A stretch of DNA of 64,000 nt, taken from NCBI GenBank assembly GCA_023231475.1, contig JALJEE010002408.1:1-64000 (forward strand), given 5' to 3'. The translations under genes were made by a program, and so were the position numbers. The stretch's first letter is position 1, and each line of letters starts with the position of its first letter. The notes under the pieces were generated by a model that was not told the DNA's origin, ran no database searches, and worked only from the letters and a program-made list of their open reading frames with translations. This document shows, one piece after another, positions 41,938-53,776 of the stretch. The stretch is from Seison nebaliae. Taxonomy: Eukaryota.

Positions 41938-42863
41938 TTAAAAAGACGAATTTTCCTAATGGAACGACAACGTTTAAAAATTTCATTGTTTTCTTTTCCT
42001 ATTCAAAACTTTGTTCATAAACTTTTTAAAATTCATTGTTTTTACATTTCTCATTACGTTAGAACTAAAAAGATTTTCCGAGAAAATTTCTCCTATTTCA
42101 TTCTCCACGATTTCATGCCTTACGTCAATTACTTAATTAAATTCCATAACTATTTTTTTACACCACTCATATAATTTGCATGTTTTGAGTGTAAAAAGTG
42201 TTGAGTTTATCGATCGAAGCAAAATTTGCAGGATGTACATAATTATTGGCATTATAATGCCATATATAATGCCGTATACGATCGGAAAAATAATATACAA
42301 TTTGTCTAGTAATAAAGAACCGTTTCCATGGGAAACTGTATACATATAGTATCTCAAAAATTACAGAGTGTCAGTCAATTGTAGAAAATCGATATATTAA
42401 AGTTCTACCATCTAATTGATCAATATATATAACAAAACATAGCGTTATAGTGCTATTTCTCTTTCATTTCTCGTTTTCCTTTGAATTTCAATAAAACAAT
42501 ATTTTGTTTCGCGCTATTTCCCAAATTTTTCTTTTCAATAAACTGGGAATTAGAAGGTTAACTTATAAGAAATATTGAGATAAAGTCGTTTTATTCGTAA
42601 CAGGCTTACTAAATATAATGATAATTCCCCATTATTCGATATACCGGTGTTGTTCGTCAACATCACTATGTTATTACATGAAATTATAATTAGTAAATAT
42701 TTTAGTAAAATAACTAGACTCCATTCTTACCTAATATTGACCTTCGGGTTTTAATTAAGTACTTCGATTGGTCCTTGTTCATTTACTTGCATTTAAATAA
42801 CTTATTCGAATTCACTCTATATTTTATTTAGAATAATTAACAGTTTCCATTAGAAGAATCATT

Positions 42864-43510
42864 ATGAATCCAATAACAAAACAACCCGAGTTTCCATCAT
42901 TATTCCTTAACGATTATTAATCACCTCTTACGAGAGATCTGCTCCTCTAGATTTAAAATCAAATACTGAAGAGTTCGCGCAACCGTTCTGTCATTTGAGC
43001 CCAATAAAATACCGTTACAATGATGATGGATCTTCTAAAGAGAATTCAGAATAATTTCGAAGTTCCCAGATAACTGTCAACAATTGATAATTATTTGTTA
43101 ATGTTAAGTTATCATATGATTTCCTTAGGAGAGGAATTCCAACGGAAACTTCAGAATTATTCTGAATTCTTTTTAGTAATCTATTTTATTTTCCTTCTAA
43201 TAATATTTATAATAAATTGATTAGTTTGTTGTGCATTGTTTTGTCCATGTTCCCTTGGTTGTCAAATTGGTCAACGATTGGGCGAAGGTACATGCAGTTC
43301 ATACTGTTGTATGGGATTCAATATGGCTGTAGCACCAACAATTTTAAGAACACATTACAAAATTAAAGTTTTCGTTTTTTATTTTCAAATTCTTATTTTT
43401 CTACTGACATTTATTAGGGATCTTTGGCGAACGATGCTATTAAGAGTAGTCTATGTCCAATATGTTCGATGATCCAAACAATGAATGAACTGGATTATCG
43501 TGGTTTATAA
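42864..43510 (+). CDS. PLAC8/cornifelin-family Cys-rich protein, 4 exons, 112 aa
   Basis: Exons 42864-42889, 42937-43013, 43225-43367, 43418-43510 give MNPITKQP...CCALFCPCSLGCQIGQRLGE...LRTHYKIKGSLANDAI...CPICSMIQTMNELDYRGL. Confidence 0.85.
43035..43176. repeat. 33-bp inverted repeat inside PLAC8 intron 2
   Basis: Arms 43035-43067 and 43144-43176 are reverse complements with 4 mismatches. Confidence 0.8.
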
Positions 43511-43558
43511 GATGATATGAAACGGTAATATACAATCATAATGTCCGATAGATACATG

Positions 43559-43642
43559 CTAATGACCGTGTTATATGTTATCAGATGTAATATAGTATCA
43601 GAAATATAACATTTGATAACATATATATAACACGGTCATTAG
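43559..43642. repeat. ~84-nt hairpin between convergent PLAC8 and GPCR 3' ends
   Basis: ctaatgaccgtgttata..tgttatcagatgt pairs with acatttgataaca(tata)tataacacggtcattag, with a 4-nt bulge. Confidence 0.8.
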
Positions 43643-43688
43643 AATATTTATAATAATTCTAATATTTAAATCGACACAAATAAAACAT

Positions 43689-45838
43689 TTATTCACTACC
43701 TTTATTTTTGGAAAAACATTTATCGAAAAATAAAAATCGCTTAAACTCAGAACGAAATTTGCGATTGAAAAAATAGAAAATCAAAAAATTGAAGTTATAA
43801 GAAATGATTTCGAAGGTTAGTGACAATGCCCTAAAAAGATACAAATTAGTGATTCCCAATTTTTGTTTATAATAAACGTATCGGATGGATGAATAAATAT
43901 TTAAGACATGGCCAAAGAAGAAGTTTAAAGAGAGAACGATTACCAACAAATTCAGTGTTCTTTCGATGTCATATCGTTTCTTCTTTGCAATCTTCTTTCC
44001 AACGAATATATTCTGTTTCTCCTTTGTCACAGCAGAATGTTTTGCAGTTGCTGTTTCTGAGTTGGCCCGACCAAAGACCGGTTTCTTCTCTTTCGTTCTA
44101 TTTGACAAACTGTCGGAAGACGAACGATCTTTCCCTTTTCTTAAATTTGTGGAATGTTGAGCACAAATATTAATTCGAATAATTTGATCCATTTCATTCT
44201 TGTGTTGGAAATGTTTGTCCAATCTCTCCAAATCTTTAGATGAAATTTTTAAGATTCTTTGAACTTTCTCCTCTTTCGTTTTTTTTTCATTCATAATTCC
44301 ATTTGATGATTCTTCAATTTGTGTAATATCTGGTGACTCTATCGTAGACGGTTTCTCCAATAAATTTTTTGGGGATAAGTTTATGGCATTCTCTTTTGGA
44401 GACGAATGTGTAGTAATAGAATAGAAAGGAATATTTGATAAACGTCGTCGATATTTATTGATCTTATTAGAATGATTTCGACCTACATTTTTACTTTTAT
44501 CCATATTCACATCAGTCCCATAAATTTTCAGATTTTTATTATTTTTACCATTTTTCTGAACATATCTCCATAGAATTAAATTGACTACGACTATTATAAA
44601 AGTTGAGACGACATTTCTCATGATGGGAAGAAGATATTTGTTATAAATGTCGAATTTATATAACATGGGTGTTATATCTTGATAATAAAAGGTGAATTCT
44701 TTCATTTCCGGAGGCTTCCATATATTATACACACTACTGATTGAACATTTCTTTATCTTCCTGATAAAAGCTGAAGGCAAATAAAGAAGGAATGAAATCA
44801 AAAGAATAATTCCTAGAAATTGATAAGGACGTCGATTGGTGATGGTGTAGAAAGCACGTTTTTTTAAATGGAAAATCGCATTAGCCAAATGCGAGTTCGA
44901 CCTTTCTTTTGTGTTCCCGATAAAACCTTCTCCACTTGTCCGTTCATCTCTATTCCTTCTTTTATCACTGTTTATCGAACAATTATCTATAGACGGTTCA
45001 TGTTCATTTTTCAATTCTGAAATATTAGTCGAGGAAACATTATTGAATTGAATGACATTAATACACATGGTCGATGAACGTTTCCCAGTTATATCAAAAA
45101 ACTTATAAATTTTATTTTTAAGAGATTGAAGATAATTCGTCCGTTTCGGACAATAGACGCCTTGTTTTGATTGAACGATGAAAAGTCGATCAACTGCAAT
45201 GAGAACATTCAAACAAACTGAATAGAATGCTAAGGCATTGCAAATAAACTCTCGTCCCAACAAATCATAATATGCGAGTACTTGACTGTTGACAATTTCA
45301 TTCGGTTGGAAATAGGTAAATGTTGTCAGACCGTATAAAGTGAGAACTATCAGATCACAAAATGTGTTGGCTCGAACATAGGTATAGAAAGAGAAAGCTA
45401 CATTTTGAAGAGAAGAATGAGTTAATGCTTTTGCTTGGAAATTTTTTGTTTGATATTTTTTTGAATTTGTCTTCCATTTACTCAGAATGCGAAAGAGTCT
45501 CCATAAGACACCTCTGGGAGTCCGGAATGGTCGTCGAATTAAGACGCATAATGTCAGAATTTGCAAGATAATTCCTGAAAAGCAACTTAATTTAATATTT
45601 TAATCAATTTACACTAACCTATGATAACCGCAGCTGGAATGATTCTCGTGTAAATAATCAAGATTTTCGATGTTTCCACGTCATTATTTTTAGCATCCAA
45701 AAGGATTGTTAAACAATTAATCTGATTATTCGCATCATCTTGATCTGATGTCGTCAAGAATTCTATCACACGGGTCGTAGTTGCCGGAACGGTTATTATC
45801 GATATGTTGTTATTGATAATGTTATTCTCATCAGACAT
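43689..45838 (-). CDS. Rhodopsin-like (peptide-receptor-type) GPCR with very long intracellular loops, 2 exons
   Basis: Intron 45618-45575 joins IIPAAVIIG to IILQILTLCVL. It has LIAVDRL, LLYLP, FFFGH and SYNFNFLIFYFFNRKFRSEF in 7TM order. Confidence 0.85.
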
Positions 45839-46004
45839 GATGGAATCCAATTCTCATAAATGGAGAAAAATGATGCAAAAGGAGAAAGGATAATGTTTAA
45901 TAGAAGAAGGATAATATTTTAATGTTTATTTAGAGGAATATAATATAATAAATGAGATAAGTGGGAAATATATTTACAAAATGAAATAAATGATCTTCAA
46001 ATAA

Positions 46005-49000
46005 TTAAACATATGCCGACATATTTACATTAGATAAGTCGTCACAAGATTCGGTTGCATTGACAGACATTTTATTAATTGGAAATTGCGTTTGATTCCC
46101 TTGAAAATTTAAATTGTTATAAAATTTTTGGTCAGTTCCAGTTTGTTCACTTTGCATTTGTTGTTGCTGGTGTTGTTGTTGGTGTTGTTGTGGATGATAG
46201 TGTTGTTGGGATTGCATTGGATAGTTTTCTAAAATATTTGTCTGCTTCATGATTTGCGCATACTGGTCCGAAGGAATTGCGCTCATATTATAAAGCATTT
46301 CATAATAATTACTTAATTGTTGAAATTGTTTTTGATCATTCAAACATGCGTTTGAAAATTTTCTTTCATTGAAATTATTTTGTTTCGTTCCCATTGGATA
46401 TTGTACCATCATTGGATTGAATGAAGAGAGATTGTTTACAGAATTGAAGTTTGTGAGATTAGGAGGAAAGAAAGGTTTGTTTAAATTACTGGAAATACTA
46501 TGACGTTGTTTGTTGAAATTATCAATTTCTGTTAATTTGATCTGATCATCCGGTGACGTTGTTGAAGTGAGCATTGTCGATTTCTTCTTTATTTTCCGTT
46601 TATTCCGATTATTATTGATGTTGGTGGCAATGAAATTTTTCTTCTCTAAAGAATAATCGTTAATAAGCTGAATGAAATTTGTATTGTTTTGTAATCTCGC
46701 ATAATCGATTGGAAGACAATTGAAATGATCCATCGATTCCAACATTCCTTTCACAAGTGCCGGCGACAACGTTCCAAAGATTGATTTGAGAATGTTCACA
46801 CAATTCTCTTCTACAGCATGATGTAGAATCGTTTTGCCCAATTGATCCGTTGCAGTAACATGAGCTCCAAATCGAACTAGTTCATTGAAAACCAAATCAT
46901 TATCAACCATCACTGCCCAGTGTAATGGAGTTAGACCTTTCTTATCTGCCAAATCAATTTGACATGTTGCCGAAAATTTTGATGAGTTAGTCGTCTCATT
47001 ACTTGACTTTCGTAAGATGGTTGATGAATTGATTTCCATTAAATCATTGAGATATTGGTTGTGGTCGAAAGGTATAGCGGAAACTGGTGATAATTGAATG
47101 GTCGAGATATTTGACGACATATTTCCTAAACGTTCAACATTCATCGGTGTTGACGATGACGCAGATGGTGAAGATGATGATTGATGATTAACTATCGTTG
47201 AACGACTAATAATTATTAGAGGTGTCGTTCCATCAACCGATTGATAATTAATATCCACATTCGGATAATACGACAATAATAATTTAAACATTAAATAATT
47301 ATCGTTTTCAATTGATGTATGGAGTGGTGTATAACCATTAATATCTTCTCCATTCCAATCCATGTCAAACTTATTAAATAGATTAAGAAAACTTCGAACA
47401 ATTCTCTCATCCAATTGATTAGTTTGACTGACGGATGATATTTGAGAATTCCATCCACTATCTCCATCTGATTCGGGAGATATCGGTATATTATTTTTCT
47501 TCATTGTTGTTGTTGTTCTTGTTGTGGTAGAAGAAAATAATGGTAATGAATTAACAAGTTTTCTTCTTGATATCAAATGAAGTAATGTTTCATGTCTTTC
47601 AGTTCTCGTCTTCAAATTGATATTAACATCATCATTTTTCAATATTTCATTAATCTCATTCAAATTTTCTTTCGTTTTCTTCTTATAATCATCTTCAGAG
47701 ACTTGTCCAATATTTGAAATAGTGCCTAAATTTTCCATGACTTTTCTCATGAATTTCGTATAACCATGATTGTCGTAACAGTTCCAATCTTTCTCATTTG
47801 ATAACGATAATTTTCTTCTCAATTTCGGTGGTAAACTTCCGTTATTAGATATTCTCGATTCGATAGTGGATAAAGAGGATGTTCCATTCTCTATCAAATA
47901 ACAATTAGGAATATCAGCATATTCTGGCGAATGACCATGAGATCGTTTTCTCTTATTGTCGTTAATCGCGAATGATGTGGTTGATGTGGCTGAAATTGAA
48001 TCGGAATTCGTATCATTATTTTTCAAAAAATTTAATGCATTCGATGGATACCAAATCTTCTTTCCTTGAACATCTTTCTTATTAAATTCACTTTCACGAA
48101 TCTTCTCATTTTTTGCGATATTTCTCCGAATTGTCAATACCGTTAAACAAATGATAACTAACACGAATAATGATATTAAAGCACTTAACCAAATCTCCAT
48201 ATGATGACCATTATCATCGTCAGGTTTTGTAGTGGGTCTTGGTGAAGTAGTTATACTCAAACGAAGTGCATCGATATTTCGAGCTTCGTCCAATACTCGA
48301 AGATTGATTCGTAGATATGAAATTATATTATCAGAAGAATTGAAGACTTTCCTCAAATTGCTCGTTAAGTTACTAGTCGGATTAATTACTGCCAATTGGA
48401 CAGTTACCTTTTCATCATTAACGACATTATTCTCTGAACCCAAATTCTTATTGACCAGCAACAACTTATTATTAACTTCCAATTTTTCATTTATGTCAAT
48501 ATTTTTTCTGATGACTGGTGTTCTCAATAAGATCGATAATTGTCTCAAAAATAATTTTTCTTGTGATAAGAAATTAGAACGATTCATTCGGAAGACGATG
48601 TCGAACTTCAACTCATTTTGACCTTTATTGTCACAATCGCCACCATCCCATTGGCAAGTTGGTGAGATGCATTCGATGTCACACACATTATCATGGAACT
48701 TTCTACTACAATAATCATCTTCATCAATGTCCATACAGTTCTTCTGTGTTGTGCAATCGCCTCCATCATAATTACATAAAGAGTTGTTACATTCTTTATC
48801 ACATTTGTCATCGTTCAATTTCGAAATACAAATATCGGAACACGTTTCATTTCTTGAACAATACGTCGAACATGCAGCTGAAATGTTTTCGGCAGAACAT
48901 GAACATGTATTAATATCTAGACATGAATATCCCGTATCAGTATTTAGACAGAATTCTGATTCATCATTACATTTATTACTAGAACATAATTCATATTGTG

Positions 49001-50093
49001 GAATTTCACAATTCGTTCCATTCCATCCACTATTGCATAGACATTTATATCCCAATGATCTAGTAGTATTCCAATTATTTATCATTTTTTCAACAAAAAC
49101 TGCTTCTTTATGATTACTCGTTTGAATTTCGAAATTGACTGGAGAACTTGAATCGACATGTGGTACACAAGTTCCGTAATGAAGACATGGTTGTGATAAA
49201 CATGGATGAATAGCTTCTTCACATTTATCTCCTCGAAAATTTGGATTTGAACAAACACATCTTGCAACTCCATTTTCAAATAAACATCGTCCATGATGAC
49301 ATGAATCCACATTGCAAGTACTTACCAACGGTTCATTATATTGACAATGATCACCATGATAACCAGAATAACAATTACAATTGCCGGTATTGCTGTTGCA
49401 CGTTCCTCGATTCGAACAATTGTTGAAACATTGGACTTTGTCTTTTAACATCACTTCACAAACCTTCCCAATTACACCAGTTGGACAGACACATATCTGG
49501 GAATTGCCGAGAGCTCGACACTCTCCTCTATTTAAACAATTGTTCGTTTTACAAATCTTATTTCTGTTTTCGAAGAAGTGCCAATTCCATTCTCTTCCCC
49601 AAAATTTTCGTGGTTTGTCATGGGGTTTTTTTTTGTCGTACCCTTTGTCATGCGGCCGTTTTCTGTCGTACTCTTTGTGCTTTGGAAAACGATCAAAATA
49701 TTTTTGATAATTCTTTTTTACGAAATCTCTCAACGGTCGTTTTCTCGACATATGACATTTGTTTTGAGCACACAAATCTGGTGGACAACTTTCAGAACAA
49801 CTACTAAATTGACATTCATTTCCATGATATCCACGTTTACACATACACGATCCTTGAAATTCTTCACAAGTTCTCATTCCTAAACATCTCAAATGTCGAC
49901 AAGTTTTATGAATTTGCATACAATCCATTCCATAGAACGGCATAACACATGATTGATAATTGTGATATTTGGGGTGATTCTTTGAGAAATTGTTCAAATA
50001 TGACTTGAACTGATACATCATTGTTGGTGAGATAGATGTAGCTATTATTATTTCCAACATTGTCAGATAATAATAGAGGAAAAGGAACGTCAT
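46005..50093 (-). CDS. Notch: Notch-family receptor, compact and intronless (1362 aa)
   Basis: Signal peptide, EGF repeats, two LNR repeats (C.....DGGDC), NOD-like FLRQLSILLRTPV, TM helix, RAM-like IWYP, ankyrin repeats (ETLLHL, GYTPLH, GTTPL, GLTPLHWA, GKTILHHA) and a Q-rich tail. Confidence 0.9.
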   Translation of the reverse strand: MTFLFLYYYLTMLEIIIATSISPTMMYQFKSYLNNFSKNHPKYHNYQSCVMPFYGMDCMQIHKTCRHLRCLGMRTCEEFQGSCMCKRGYHGNECQFSSCSESCPPDLCAQNKCHMSRKRPLRDFVKKNYQKYFDRFPKHKEYDRKRPHDKGYDKKKPHDKPRKFWGREWNWHFFENRNKICKTNNCLNRGECRALGNSQICVCPTGVIGKVCEVMLKDKVQCFNNCSNRGTCNSNTGNCNCYSGYHGDHCQYNEPLVSTCNVDSCHHGRCLFENGVARCVCSNPNFRGDKCEEAIHPCLSQPCLHYGTCVPHVDSSSPVNFEIQTSNHKEAVFVEKMINNWNTTRSLGYKCLCNSGWNGTNCEIPQYELCSSNKCNDESEFCLNTDTGYSCLDINTCSCSAENISAACSTYCSRNETCSDICISKLNDDKCDKECNNSLCNYDGGDCTTQKNCMDIDEDDYCSRKFHDNVCDIECISPTCQWDGGDCDNKGQNELKFDIVFRMNRSNFLSQEKLFLRQLSILLRTPVIRKNIDINEKLEVNNKLLLVNKNLGSENNVVNDEKVTVQLAVINPTSNLTSNLRKVFNSSDNIISYLRINLRVLDEARNIDALRLSITTSPRPTTKPDDDNGHHMEIWLSALISLFVLVIICLTVLTIRRNIAKNEKIRESEFNKKDVQGKKIWYPSNALNFLKNNDTNSDSISATSTTSFAINDNKRKRSHGHSPEYADIPNCYLIENGTSSLSTIESRISNNGSLPPKLRRKLSLSNEKDWNCYDNHGYTKFMRKVMENLGTISNIGQVSEDDYKKKTKENLNEINEILKNDDVNINLKTRTERHETLLHLISRRKLVNSLPLFSSTTTRTTTTMKKNNIPISPESDGDSGWNSQISSVSQTNQLDERIVRSFLNLFNKFDMDWNGEDINGYTPLHTSIENDNYLMFKLLLSYYPNVDINYQSVDGTTPLIIISRSTIVNHQSSSSPSASSSTPMNVERLGNMSSNISTIQLSPVSAIPFDHNQYLNDLMEINSSTILRKSSNETTNSSKFSATCQIDLADKKGLTPLHWAVMVDNDLVFNELVRFGAHVTATDQLGKTILHHAVEENCVNILKSIFGTLSPALVKGMLESMDHFNCLPIDYARLQNNTNFIQLINDYSLEKKNFIATNINNNRNKRKIKKKSTMLTSTTSPDDQIKLTEIDNFNKQRHSISSNLNKPFFPPNLTNFNSVNNLSSFNPMMVQYPMGTKQNNFNERKFSNACLNDQKQFQQLSNYYEMLYNMSAIPSDQYAQIMKQTNILENYPMQSQQHYHPQQHQQQHQQQQMQSEQTGTDQKFYNNLNFQGNQTQFPINKMSVNATESCDDLSNVNMSAYV

Positions 50094-52628
50094 TTTCTAA
50101 GATAAATGCCAAATATTATTTCTCAAATTCGAATATTATTTATTATTTTATAAGAATAAAAATAGATTAGGATGTTAATAATAAAAAGTTTCAGTTTCCT
50201 TCTTTATATATCGACCATTGAAAAATGCAGACAAAATATCTAGACAGTTTGATTATTTTCCCAAGACGAACGTTATTTGACGAGAAACGCTCATTAAGAT
50301 TTGATGCCGCCAATGGAACTCATAAAAGAAATGGAAAATATTTATTTATCACTTCACTGTACGGATTTGATGATGAAAGGAATATCTACCGATGAAACGG
50401 AAAATATAAACAAAAAAGTAATTCTCCTAATACAAATCGAGGGAGATCCGTTTAAAATGACAAGAATTCTTTTCGTCATAAAACGTTTGAAAAAAATATA
50501 TTATATTTTATTAAATGACGCTAAATCAGTTTTCCAATACTTCCTTCCATTCGTCAATTAATGGCATTATATAATTTCTTAATTGATGACGAACCAAATG
50601 AGAAATGGAAATGGAAGACCGGACACGTCTGTTTCAAAATCGATGATGATTTACTAATGAGATATGGAAATCCATTCAATGAAAATGGTGTTAGATGTAT
50701 TCAACACAAATATCGATGAAATATCGAGAATTTTAGTTGATGGGAAAATGAGAATTATTCGTCTGTTCAACTTGTTCGTTGACGAAATGCACTTCAAAAG
50801 GATTAAGTGTCTCAACTCGTCTCTATCAAATTCATATTTCTCCCATTTTCCCACAAGAGAAAAATAATTTTTTTTTGTTTAAAATATCAATTTTCGTCGA
50901 CTATGATTAAGATGCACAATAGAAATATGGATAATGTAAAATTTTTCACCCATTGTCCATTTGTGGTGCTAGATATAACGTGAAAGAGATAAAGGAAAGT
51001 AGAGCAATTCTCAATTGATTATTTGTTTAGTTTGGTGATAGAATAATAATAATCATAATTTGTTTATTTTTCATATTTATAAAAACCGAATAATTTGTAC
51101 TAAAAATAAATCTATCATTAAGTGACAGAAATTTCCATAAAAAATCAGAAATTAGGTAAATCCAAAAAATTAATGAACCATCATGAATAATGGAATCAAC
51201 ACTGTAATTATAGATGGTCCAAATGGACATGCAGCACGAGTTTGGTTATATTATTGATTTTATGAGAATTTGATAATTTTCGACCGGAAAGTTTTTTCTT
51301 TTTTGAATTATTCAATTTCTTTTAAAATAAAATTTCGAAATGTTTTATTGATAAGACTATTCATATAAATTACCTTATAATTTTATAATTCATATTTGAA
51401 ATGAATAGTTAAGAGAAAAGAAGGTATTATACATATTATTCCGCGATTTGAACCAAGGAACAATATTGAAATAATTGTTTCCATAGGAATCGAAAATAAT
51501 GCTAGAGAAAACTTGAACAAAATCACTTTCTCCATGTTATATAATAAAATAGAGAAACATAATATTCTACTCTATTTAATTTATATACTTTTCCGAGACA
51601 AGAAAAAATGACTAATGAAAAATAATATTCGGAATTCAGCTTTCTTGACCAGAGCCATAATCGTTATAATCAGTTCCATACAAGTAACTTTTGTAAAGAA
51701 ATTATTCCCACACCTCACATACGAAACTCGACAAATATCATGTCAATGTCAATGAGTAGCAAATTACATTCCGTCAATTTGGCACTAAAAAAAATTTTTA
51801 ACATTCTGATTCTTATCATTTCCTCTCCCTCTCTCTCCCTCCTCTCGAAAAGACAACTAACTTATTCCCAAAATTAATGTTCGCTACAGCGCAGATGTAA
51901 ATGATATTCAAATTCGTTATACCGATGTCTTAGTCAGTAAACGTTCCGAAATTTCTAAAATTGAAAGTTTCTATTTCATTGATTTTCGCCTTTGTCTAAG
52001 AAATGTCGTTAATAATAATGTATAGAGCGAAGGAAACTAAACGAAATGAACGACTCCTTCTGAACTGAAGGCGGAATTTTATGGTGGGAATATTTCCTGG
52101 GAACAATTAAGAACATTTTATTATTATAATCATTTTAATTCTTCTCTATTTATTGAATGTTGACATTAATGTCATTATTCTTCTCAAGTAGAAACTAATA
52201 ATGTCTCGTAAAGTTAGGATTTAAACATTTTCTTAGTTGACCATAACATCTTAATCTTAATAACTTCCAGTTGAATTAAAATTCCATTTGGAATTCCATT
52301 TAAGTAAAAAACAAAAAGTTGACAATATCAAAATCCACTCGAATTATGACGAAGGCTCTAAAGTTTAGAATCGAAACTAACAAATATTTCAGTAAACCAA
52401 TATAATAAACTCTATAAATTTGTTTTGGAGGTAGTTCTATGAAAATGTAAGTGTTTAATGATTTCATTCTATGAAGTTTCTGTTAACTCATTAACAGATA
52501 TTTTCGAAAAAATCAAAAGAAATCGCGAATAGGACCGCTCCTAATGTCTTCTTGAAAGAGTCATGTTATGAAATCAAACAACTCACTGAATTTCATGTTC
52601 CTTCAAATAAATTCATCGAAATAAATAT

Positions 52629-53048
52629 TTATTTGAATTTGGTAAGTAATTTCTTATACTTCGATCGTAAAATTAATATTACGGCCAGGAAAACGATGAT
52701 TAGAACGAGTAACATTGAATTAATAATAATTAAAACAATATTTAATTGAGACCATTGCATTGATGTTTTAATATTCATAACTGGTGGGTTTTCCTGAAGA
52801 AAAGAAGACACGTTTATTATTCCTTCATGACCATCTGCGACGCCCACCCATTTTGAGTCGATTTTAAATTTTGAAACGCTTTTCGCTTCTTCTATAATTT
52901 TTGGCTCAATTTCGGTGATCTCATTGAGATTGAATGCTTTCTATCCAATAAAATGGAAAGTAGTGGGATAAAGTAAAACGATTTCTTTTTCAAACTTTAA
53001 CATATTTAATCGATAACAAATAACTTTAATTTCGTCAAGAACATCCAT
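52629..53048 (-). CDS. Small single-pass membrane protein, orphan family copy A (~111 aa)
   Basis: Exon 1 53048-53025 (MDVLDEIK), intron 53024-52941, exon 2 52940-52629. Clearly homologous to copies B and C. Confidence 0.75.
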
Positions 53049-53776
53049 TTTTACCGCGCAAAATAATTTATTCTATAGGTAATTTTATTATATAAATATT
53101 GTACTAGATAATCCTCTACAGTTATTTTATTACTATTGTTTATTTATTATTGGAGCAAGTAAAAAATATGTTGAATAATTCGATTAATATTAAAGTTTCA
53201 TGAATTTGATGAATGTTCTACATTCAATTGAAGATAAAGAAAAAGATTATTTTAAATAAATAAATGAAATATTATCATTATTAATCAGTAAATTCACATT
53301 ATAATTGATAAATTAAATAAAAAAATCATGAGAATTTTGAAGATTATAAGGAAATAATAAGAAGAAATTTGATTCGGAGTCATTGGCCTTCAAGCTTTTA
53401 ATTCGAAGTAGATTGTGAGAAATTGAAAACAAAATGTTTTCTCTCCACTCATAAGAGAGAAGATATTAATTGGTTGAATTTTTTGGTTAACAGTGAAATA
53501 AAGAGAAATATGATGCACACGAACATAAAACGTTAAAATGTGGAAGAAATAATTTTTGTGGTTGAGCTTATTGGTGAAGAGTAATCTTAAATAATTTTCT
53601 CTAAATCATTCGATATCTGATTGATTTAATTTACATTTTCTTCTCATCAACTATCCTTTCTTATATTTCATTTATTTCTTTCGTCTAATTCAACTTACTA
53701 CAAATTAATTTTGAAATAATTTCCTTCTCGAGAGAATAGTATTTGTATTGTACTTTTTTGGGTTTGGAGTAAGAAA

